Assembly (NCBI GenBank): GCA_964588955.1
Contig: CAZPQJ010000003.1
Span: forward strand, 91,409 to 141,142
DNA from: an uncultured Gammaproteobacteria bacterium
GTDB taxonomy: Bacteria; Patescibacteriota; Patescibacteriia; UBA9934; CAMTUG01
Direction of reading: 5' to 3'
DNA: 49,734 nucleotides
This document shows, piece after piece, positions 43,788 to 49,734 of this stretch. The notes below the pieces were generated by a model, which worked only from the letters and a program-made list of their open reading frames with translations, was not told the origin of the DNA and did no database searches. Numbering within the stretch: position 1 is the stretch's first letter; each line of letters opens with the position of its first letter. The position numbers and the translations under genes were made by a program.

Positions 43788-45380
43788 CTAACCGTGCAAA
43801 GCCATACCGATGAAACAAGCAAAAGAGGTCGCCAAGAGGATACTGAGAAGAACGAGACACCCCTGAAGCAAAGGATGGAGCTGCGACCATTCCGAGGTAT
43901 CGTTCGTGGGCACACCACGCGACGCGTCAGGCGACCGAATCGGCTGCGGTTTCGGCAATGCTACCGGCGCGGCAGACTTGTGGACATCCACCACCATCTT
44001 CGGCTTACCGCTGCCAGGACGTGCCTCTTCACGCCGAGGCGGACGCGGCGCAGGCGGCGGTTCCGGAGGCCTCGGGATTGACCGTCCAATGTACGCGCAC
44101 AGCTGCCCGTAGCTACGAACCATGAAGGCGTGCCGTCCGGGAATGGACATAATTCGCATACGCTCATGCTGCTGGCTTGCGAGAAGTTGCAGGCAGATTT
44201 CGAAGTGCTGACGCAGATCCGGAGGTACAGCCTGTTTCCCAAGACGGCACTTGTCGAGCGCCCGAAGGTAGTCATCCACAGCCTGTTGATCCGTGTCCCA
44301 CCACGTCAAATCGCGCGGGAGATCAAACGAAAGGGCGGGAATCAACTTCAAACGCACAACCACCATGTACAGGCACAGACCACGAAACGGAGCGTCACCA
44401 TACCCCATCCACGGCTGTTCCACGACGAGCCTTGCCCAAAACGGATGAGTGGCCACCTCATCAACCAGCTCGGAGGCATGCACGAAAGCCTTGATCAGCT
44501 CGGGCAAAATTTCTTCCACCCGACGGGGATTGTTCTCCGAACAAAGCGCGGCCCAAAGGCACTTGCAGTACTCGTACTGCTCGGCAGAACCCGAAATGGA
44601 CGCGCAGTCATCGTCGTCAAGAACGCTACCCAACGCGGCACACCCGGCACGGGGATTGCCCGTCTTCCGCTCCAAACGTGCGAGGCGGACGGCGATGGAA
44701 ATACGTGCGGCGTGATTGCTATCGTCTTCCGCGTATTGCGCAGCACGCTTATACGCCGCCCGAGCCGAACGCGGACGCCCAATGCGCTCGCACGTACGGC
44801 CGAGCAGCTCCCACGCAAGCGGATGCGTGGAGTCCTGATCAAGCGTTTTCTCCAACGCCCCAAGACAAAGTTCGAGCTCGGCGTGAGAGAAGTGCTGCAG
44901 CGCCTGACGGTACCGTTCGTTGGCTCGACGTTCGAGGGTTCGTTGTGCCCGTTCCTCCGCCCGACGATCCATTTCGATGAGCTGATGGAGAATCAGTAGA
45001 TTGACGAACGTTCCGAAAGCCACCTGCTGCCCGATGTGCTCTGCCGTGTCGTTGACGGCGCGAACCACTTGCGCGGACGCGTCGTTGATCGCTCGACGCG
45101 TGAGCAGAGACTCCTGCTGCAACACGGCGGCGAGATCGTCGATCTTGCAGTTGAAGAGAAGAGCCAACTCATCGAGCTGGTCGCTCACGCCGGGAAGCCA
45201 GGCCTTGAAAGCCGCGTCCGCGGGCTGACGGACACCGATGTCCACCATGCTCTCGGAAACGCCGCCCTGAATAGGCTGAAGACTGAACCGCTCGAACAGG
45301 AGTCGCACCTGCTTGAGCTCGTCGCCGATACGCTCGCGCTGCCGCCAGGTCGTCCACGCGTCGTTATACATGCTGGTCAT
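43788..45380 (-). CDS. Hypothetical tail-anchored protein (about 530 aa): helical/TPR-like body, Pro-rich linker, C-terminal TM helix; GC-rich
   Basis: TPR-like segment ...AWELLGRTCERIGRPRSARAAYKRAAQYAED..., linker PRPPEPPPAPRPPRREE, and C-terminus LQGCLVLLSILLATSFACFIGMAL. AGGTG lies 4 nt before the ATG at 45380; a GTG at 45395 is an alternative start. Confidence 0.65.
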   Translation of the reverse strand: MTSMYNDAWTTWRQRERIGDELKQVRLLFERFSLQPIQGGVSESMVDIGVRQPADAAFKAWLPGVSDQLDELALLFNCKIDDLAAVLQQESLLTRRAINDASAQVVRAVNDTAEHIGQQVAFGTFVNLLILHQLIEMDRRAEERAQRTLERRANERYRQALQHFSHAELELCLGALEKTLDQDSTHPLAWELLGRTCERIGRPRSARAAYKRAAQYAEDDSNHAARISIAVRLARLERKTGNPRAGCAALGSVLDDDDCASISGSAEQYEYCKCLWAALCSENNPRRVEEILPELIKAFVHASELVDEVATHPFWARLVVEQPWMGYGDAPFRGLCLYMVVVRLKLIPALSFDLPRDLTWWDTDQQAVDDYLRALDKCRLGKQAVPPDLRQHFEICLQLLASQQHERMRIMSIPGRHAFMVRSYGQLCAYIGRSIPRPPEPPPAPRPPRREEARPGSGKPKMVVDVHKSAAPVALPKPQPIRSPDASRGVPTNDTSEWSQLHPLLQGCLVLLSILLATSFACFIGMALHG

Positions 45381-45458
45381 TGCACACCTATACACGAGAA
45401 GGTTGAGAGAAAGGACTGGGTCAACCTTAAATTATTTTAATGAAATGTCAATACATCC

Positions 45459-46550
45459 TTACTCAATCACCGCCCCGCCGATGACTACGTCGCCATCGTA
45501 GAAGACAATAAACTGACCAGGAGTGACGGCGCGCTGGGGTTTGTCGAAGGTTACATGCAAACGACCATCCTCACCGACGATCACTTCGCACGTCTCCAAT
45601 GGCTGACGATAACGAATACGGGCGGAACAGTGGAATGGCGAGGCGGGTGCGTCGACCAACCAATTCATTTCGGTCGCGGTAAGTTCCGTACGATACAAGG
45701 CTTCATGAAAATTACTAGAAACGACCAACTCGTTGCGCTCCGCGTTTTTTGCGACAACGTAGTAGGGTGTTGGCAAGCCTCCAATCTCGAGACCTTCCCG
45801 CTGGCCGATGGTGTAAAAAGCTAGGCCATCGTGATCCCCCACTACTTTGCCATTCATGTCGACAATCTTCCCCGGCTTCTTTTCAATATACTCCTGCAAA
45901 AACTCGGTCATGTTGATCTCCCCAATAAAACACACACCTTGACTATCTTTTTTGCCTGCAACAACCAGGCCACGCTTCTCGGCTTCCTCGCGAACCTGTG
46001 GCTTCAACATGTCGCCGACCGGAAACAGAACTCGCTTCAAAGCCTCACGCGGCATTTGGCATAAGAAATAAGATTGATCTTTGTTGGGATCGATCCCGGC
46101 CATAAGGCGGGGCACAGTGGCCCCGCTTATACGTTCGACGCGAGCATAGTGCCCTGTGGCAACAAAATCACAACCAAGTTTATCGGCCTCACGCATGAAC
46201 AAATCAAACTTCATAAACTTATTGCACATCACGTCTGGATTTGGCGTGCGCCCGGCCGCGTAAGTTTTGACCATGTAGTCGACCACCTTGGCGCGATACT
46301 CCGCTTCAAAGTCAAAGGTCAAAAACGGAATCCCTAATTGCGCAGCGACCCGCATAGCATCACGCCGCTCCGTGCGCCAATCACATTCTTGAAACTCTTC
46401 CGTGCCATCACACACCTTGGTCGACCCAGACCAGTTCTTCATGAATCCCCCAATCACCTCATACTCCGCCTCCAACAACAATGCCGCGGAGAGACTTGAA
46501 TCCACTCCGCCAGACATACCGACAAGAACTTTGGGCTTTGTTTCTAGCAC
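45459..46550 (-). CDS. mnmA: tRNA 2-thiouridine(34) synthase MnmA
   Basis: VGMSGGVDSS P-loop and typical length (363 aa) if started at the GTG at 46550 (VLETKPKVLVGMSGG). The 111 extra upstream codons of the track ORF are Arg/Pro/His-rich junk running through a GC-rich region. Confidence 0.88.
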   Translation of the reverse strand: MLETKPKVLVGMSGGVDSSLSAALLLEAEYEVIGGFMKNWSGSTKVCDGTEEFQECDWRTERRDAMRVAAQLGIPFLTFDFEAEYRAKVVDYMVKTYAAGRTPNPDVMCNKFMKFDLFMREADKLGCDFVATGHYARVERISGATVPRLMAGIDPNKDQSYFLCQMPREALKRVLFPVGDMLKPQVREEAEKRGLVVAGKKDSQGVCFIGEINMTEFLQEYIEKKPGKIVDMNGKVVGDHDGLAFYTIGQREGLEIGGLPTPYYVVAKNAERNELVVSSNFHEALYRTELTATEMNWLVDAPASPFHCSARIRYRQPLETCEVIVGEDGRLHVTFDKPQRAVTPGQFIVFYDGDVVIGGAVIE

Positions 46551-46831
46551 AATAACTTTTGAAAGCGTTTGTAATTGACACGACCTTCCCAGGAGCACCG
46601 GGAAGGTCGTCGCTGTGTGCGTCTCCCGAAGGAGATGCGATGCGCTACTTGCCCGGATTTTGTCCGGGGGGGATCTCCCGTCTCGCACACCTGTTCGGTC
46701 TGCGTGCACGTTCCCTGAGCATCGCGTGCGACGCAGGTGTAGGTGCAGTGGATGAAGGCGAAGGCCTGCTGGGTCACAGCAAAGCCCATCGCCCCGACAA
46801 CGATCGCGAGAAGAATCCGACTCAGCTTCAT
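46544..46831 (-). CDS. Candidate small secreted Cys-rich protein (95 aa)
   Basis: MKLSRILLAIVVGAMGFAVTQQAFA looks like a signal peptide. The mature start is FIHCTYTCVARDAQGTCTQTEQVC. The basic tail reads through an 11-bp hairpin (46580-46610), so the 3' end is doubtful. Confidence 0.35.
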   Translation of the reverse strand: MKLSRILLAIVVGAMGFAVTQQAFAFIHCTYTCVARDAQGTCTQTEQVCETGDPPRTKSGQVAHRISFGRRTQRRPSRCSWEGRVNYKRFQKLLC

Positions 46832-47040
46832 GAGTTCCCCGTTCATGTACAAGAGGAAAATGCCTGCCGTGTACAAGCGGCAAACACGTGTGGCACGTAA
46901 AGCGTCCACAAAATTAGCCTACGTTTATTTTTTTGCGGTGTCAATACATGTTTGACACGGTTAATCTCTTTAAAGCGGTGCTATACCTATCGTTGACAGG
47001 TCGCTATGGGTGTGGTTTACTCCGCCGAAGGAGATCAGAC

Positions 47041-47484
47041 ATGCAAACGGATATTTTGAACTGCTGGCTCGCTGGAAACTATCAACTGGAAGGACAGAAG
47101 CCTCCCCGGAATGCTCATCCTGACCTTCCCTGGGTCGAATACGAAAGCTACATGCGCGCGCAGGTCCTGCGCGGCGTCCCTGGGCAACTCGGAGAACTGA
47201 TCATCGAATTTCCCCCCGAAGGAGCGGAGGACAACCGGCTGCACGTGCATCCGCAATCAGATCGGGTGATCACGGTGATCAGCGGCAGCGGCACCTTTGT
47301 CGCCGTCCGTCTCGGCAAGCGAATCACCCGCGATCTCCGTCAAGGCTCACGGATCTACATGCCGCGCGGAGTTCTGCACACCTTCTTCGCCGGATCCAAC
47401 GGTCTGCTCGTGCACGCGGTGCACAACCCCTTCGTCGCCCTCGACGACCCCAGCATTCTCATCTATCCGAACACGGAACCGTGA
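47041..47484 (+). CDS. Cupin-domain protein (147 aa)
   Basis: GGAG lies 7 nt upstream of the ATG. Cupin motifs are LHVHPQSDRVITVISGSG and MPRGVLHTF. Confidence 0.7.
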   Translation: MQTDILNCWLAGNYQLEGQKPPRNAHPDLPWVEYESYMRAQVLRGVPGQLGELIIEFPPEGAEDNRLHVHPQSDRVITVISGSGTFVAVRLGKRITRDLRQGSRIYMPRGVLHTFFAGSNGLLVHAVHNPFVALDDPSILIYPNTEP

Positions 47485-47516
47485 CCTTCCTCGGGGTCTG
47501 CTTCAAGGCCCCTACA

Positions 47517-47554
47517 CAAAAGATCATCACACGCTGGTGATCTTTTGTTTTATG
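47517..47554. terminator. Hairpin between convergent cupin and uppP genes
   Basis: AAAAGATCA-(11-nt loop)-TGATCTTTT followed by GTTTTAT. Confidence 0.55.
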
Positions 47555-47560
47555 CCACGA

Positions 47561-48334
47561 TCAAGAAAATAAGACGGCTATAAGGATGCGGTAAGCCGTA
47601 AACCACAAGTAGCTTGTTTTGCTGATCAATTTCAAGAGCCAGCGAATGCTGAGGATGCCGGCCACGAGGGCGGCAAAAAATCCGATGATCGTTGGCAACC
47701 ACTCGATGGGGGTTTGATGAGCGTAAGCTTTAGCAAGCGTTAAAACAATCGCCCCGGCGGTGGCAGGAATGCCAAGCAAAAACGAAAAGCGCGCGGCGGT
47801 GACGCGGTCGAGACCGGTAAACAATCCGCCGGAAATAGATAAACCGCTACGTGACCCGCCAGGGATCAAGGCAATCGCTTGGCCAATGCCGGCGGTGATT
47901 GCTTGCTTCCAACCAACCTGGACATGAACCTTACGTCGTGAAGCGACCCAATCAGCAACACCAAGCACAAGCCCCCAGAAGATCAGACTGATAGCAATCA
48001 ATCTAGCCGATCGAAACGTTGCTTCAATCGCGTCGCCAAAAAAGAACCCAACGATCACAGCCGGAATCGTCGCTACAATAATCATCCACGCCATTTTTTG
48101 ATCCGCCTTCTCCCCTTTGCCCACAAATCCCAAAACCATTTTTTTCACTTCATCTTTAAACACCCATAACACAGCGGAAAGCGTTGCCAAGTGCATAGTG
48201 ACGTCAAACACCACGCCTTGATCGGGCCAATGCAACAGTTGGGGAATCAAAATCAAATGCCCGGAACTGCTGATGGGAAGAAATTCAGAAATGCCTTGAA
48301 CGATGCCGAGAACGATGGATTGGATGATGGACAT
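47561..48334 (-). CDS. uppP: Undecaprenyl-diphosphate phosphatase (BacA/UppP)
   Basis: The internal Met gives MSIIQSIVLGIVQGISEFLPISSSGHL, and GGSRSGLSISGGL is present. The start at 48334 leaves the palindromic repeat intergenic. Confidence 0.9.
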   Translation of the reverse strand: MSIIQSIVLGIVQGISEFLPISSSGHLILIPQLLHWPDQGVVFDVTMHLATLSAVLWVFKDEVKKMVLGFVGKGEKADQKMAWMIIVATIPAVIVGFFFGDAIEATFRSARLIAISLIFWGLVLGVADWVASRRKVHVQVGWKQAITAGIGQAIALIPGGSRSGLSISGGLFTGLDRVTAARFSFLLGIPATAGAIVLTLAKAYAHQTPIEWLPTIIGFFAALVAGILSIRWLLKLISKTSYLWFTAYRILIAVLFS

Positions 48335-48340
48335 AGGTTG

Positions 48341-48368
48341 CATGGACAATTCGTGAATTGTCCCTACG
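48341..48368 (-). repeat. Palindromic repeat copy 3 (CATGGACAATTCGTGAATTGTCCCTACG)
   Basis: 28/28 identical to 14213-14240. Its CTA (48364-48366) is the TAG stop of the hydrolase gene. Confidence 0.85.
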
Positions 48369-49011
48369 TTGATAACCATTGAATAATGCGATCTGACAAA
48401 TCTGGTTGATTGATCAGCATCGTCTCTGCGTGGCCGACGCCGCTCAAAAGCACAAGGTCTGTTTGCGATGGATTGAGTTCGTGCAACGTTTGTACGTTCT
48501 CATAGGCGCGATGCTCATCGTCGTCGCTGGCGACCAAGAGGACACGTTGATCTGTTCCAAGCTGCATGATTTTATCATCCGTCGATACGCCGCGATACAA
48601 AAGCCCAGGCGACAAGGCCACGACTTTCTTCATTCCTGCATGACGGGTCATGAACCAAATGGCCACGTTGGCGCCGATCGATCCGCCAATCACGATCGTA
48701 TTTGCCTCCGTCGCCCCAAAAGGCTTCAAGTAATCAAAGGCGGCCTCAACGTCGTTGATTTTGCCAAGGTCGTCGGTAAAGGTTTGATAATCAAGCGTTC
48801 CACCCATCGTCGACTCGCCGTGTCCGCGCTCGTCGATAGCTAAGCCCGTCACTCCATACTCCGTTTGCAACTTCGTCGCCAATGCATCCCATCCCTCTTT
48901 GGTCGACGACCGCTTGTGTACATACATCGCAAACCGATCCGATCCACCCTTGTACAGATTACCAACAATCGTGACACCGTCGGAAGTAACGAAAGAAATT
49001 TTTTCGTACAT
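48364..49011 (-). CDS. Alpha/beta-fold hydrolase
   Basis: 215 aa with nucleophile elbow GGSIGAN, a late HAE, and a dienelactone-hydrolase-like layout. Confidence 0.75.
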   Translation of the reverse strand: MYEKISFVTSDGVTIVGNLYKGGSDRFAMYVHKRSSTKEGWDALATKLQTEYGVTGLAIDERGHGESTMGGTLDYQTFTDDLGKINDVEAAFDYLKPFGATEANTIVIGGSIGANVAIWFMTRHAGMKKVVALSPGLLYRGVSTDDKIMQLGTDQRVLLVASDDDEHRAYENVQTLHELNPSQTDLVLLSGVGHAETMLINQPDLSDRIIQWLST

Positions 49012-49012
49012 A

Positions 49013-49734
49013 TTAACGCGTTTCTAAAAACTGATAATAACACGGTTTGCAATAGATTGTCCGCTTGGGATACACCGCGCTGGTACCGGCCATCATCGCC
49101 ACACCACATTTGGCGCAGGTCGTCGCCTCTTGAACCGGACCGTTGCAGGAAGCAACCAACTCTTTAAGCCGGGCGGTGTAATGCTGTCGAGGAAACGGAT
49201 AGCCATGGGCCTTACGCTCATCGAGTTCGTTCTTGTTGATGGCGTACCGACGATTGGCTTCCTTGTCGAAAAACGGCTTGCCGACCCACGCGTCGTCGAC
49301 ATCGGCGATACGATCAGGCACTTCGTTTACATCAAACGTCGGCGCGTTTACATCGTACGGCGCGAAGCGCATACCGGCAACAGGATCATCATCGCGCCCG
49401 CCAATGTTGCGTAATTCGTCGGCGGTAAATGGCGCGAGCACATAAGCAAATCCGTATTTCACCCCAAGCGGAGAAAACGCCGCCGGAAAAAACCGACCAT
49501 ACTCGCCGCGATCAAGCATAGCGCACTTAATCTCATCGAGCTTGATCCAATACTCTTCCTCACCGTACGGCGTGTTAAAAATATGGAACTTCTTGCGATT
49601 CAGCCCCACGCATCCAAAACAATTTTCACAGCTATAACAGTTGATCAAGTACTCGCAATCCTGTGATTGTTCAGCGACAAAAGAAAACTTGATGTTGTGC
49701 GAAGACAAGGCCACGCTTACGTAGTAGCAGTCAT
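49013..49734 (-). CDS. Cys-rich / zinc-ribbon hypothetical protein, 5'-partial (the frame stays open to the right window edge)
   Basis: The track ORF begins at a GTG, but the frame is open upstream (..DCYYVSVALSSHN). Contains CEYLINCYSCENCFGCVGL and a C-terminal CAKCG...YCKPCY. Confidence 0.6.
   Translation of the reverse strand, partial: DCYYVSVALSSHNIKFSFVAEQSQDCEYLINCYSCENCFGCVGLNRKKFHIFNTPYGEEEYWIKLDEIKCAMLDRGEYGRFFPAAFSPLGVKYGFAYVLAPFTADELRNIGGRDDDPVAGMRFAPYDVNAPTFDVNEVPDRIADVDDAWVGKPFFDKEANRRYAINKNELDERKAHGYPFPRQHYTARLKELVASCNGPVQEATTCAKCGVAMMAGTSAVYPKRTIYCKPCYYQFLETR

Noticed and set aside
44130-44999. Long ORFs antisense or out of frame in the GC-rich island (44130..44999 +, 289 aa; 43138..43623 -, 161 aa; 43424..43918 -, 164 aa).
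   Set aside because: Their translations are Arg/Pro/Gly-rich low-complexity sequence typical of GC-driven shadow ORFs. They lack SD sites. The chosen genes have SD sites, terminators and protein-like sequence.
45459-46883. Track ORF extensions taken at face value: the 474-aa 'MnmA', plus the extended L13 (to 2883), GT2 (to 11356), beta-CASP (to 15730), ABC ATPase (to 25552), permease (to 26424), RlmI-like (from 27039), LepA (to 43048), UppP (to 48379) and thioredoxin-like (to 13696).
   Set aside because: In each case an internal Met, or a GTG for mnmA, reproduces the canonical family N-terminus. It also removes overlaps with neighbours or with intergenic repeats.
1-49734. Scan of the whole window for CRISPR arrays, DGR template/variable repeats, retrons, transposases/integrases and att-like direct repeats flanking the islands or duplicating the tRNA-Gln 3' end.
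   Set aside because: I saw no regularly spaced direct repeats, no reverse-transcriptase or recombinase ORF, and no island-flanking direct repeats by eye. A computed repeat search could still reveal short att sites.

Overview
This is a 49.7-kb chromosomal segment that is densely packed and mostly coded on the minus strand. Background GC is roughly 45-55%, estimated from hand counts of single 60-nt lines. I could run no database search; every product call comes from reading the translations. The gene content fits a reduced-genome Patescibacteria/CPR-type bacterium (inference). Supporting signs are shortened housekeeping proteins (a 233-aa RpoA with no alpha-CTD, a 590-aa AlaRS with no C-Ala domain, a 115-aa L13), type IV pilus genes, an orphan VirD4/TraG-like ATPase and a 1890-aa surface protein. 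Core genes are infA-rpmJ-rpsM-rpsK-rpsD-rpoA-rplQ-rplM-rpsI, alaS, murJ, a GT2 glycosyltransferase, two rRNA methyltransferases, era, riboflavin kinase plus ribE, tRNA-Gln(CUG), an ABC-2 transporter, dnaX, cysS, pilin/receiver/pilM, rnhA, recJ, lepA, mnmA and uppP. I found no CRISPR array, transposase, integrase, reverse transcriptase or rRNA. The observations most worth a second look are: (1) Three GC-rich (about 58-70%) islands at about 17.3-17.8, 43.05-45.44 and 46.56-47.52 kb. Their genes carry Shine-Dalgarno sites, whereas several core genes look leaderless. Two of the islands share a homologous 3' end/terminator module. (2) A low-GC island holds an AlbA_2/HATPase_c_4 (Schlafen-like) gene split by a 1-nt frameshift. 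(3) Two exactly 333-nt intergenic regions, upstream of dnaX and cysS, share a perfect 20-nt palindrome-containing segment and related GC hairpins. (4) A 24-28-nt palindromic repeat occurs three times at gene 3' ends. (5) An orphan three-gene T4CP-like ATPase module sits near the pilus genes. (6) The RpoA lacks its C-terminal domain. (7) The giant multidomain surface protein has an embedded SGNH-like esterase. I could not identify one clear novel system; items 1, 3 and 5 are my best candidates.
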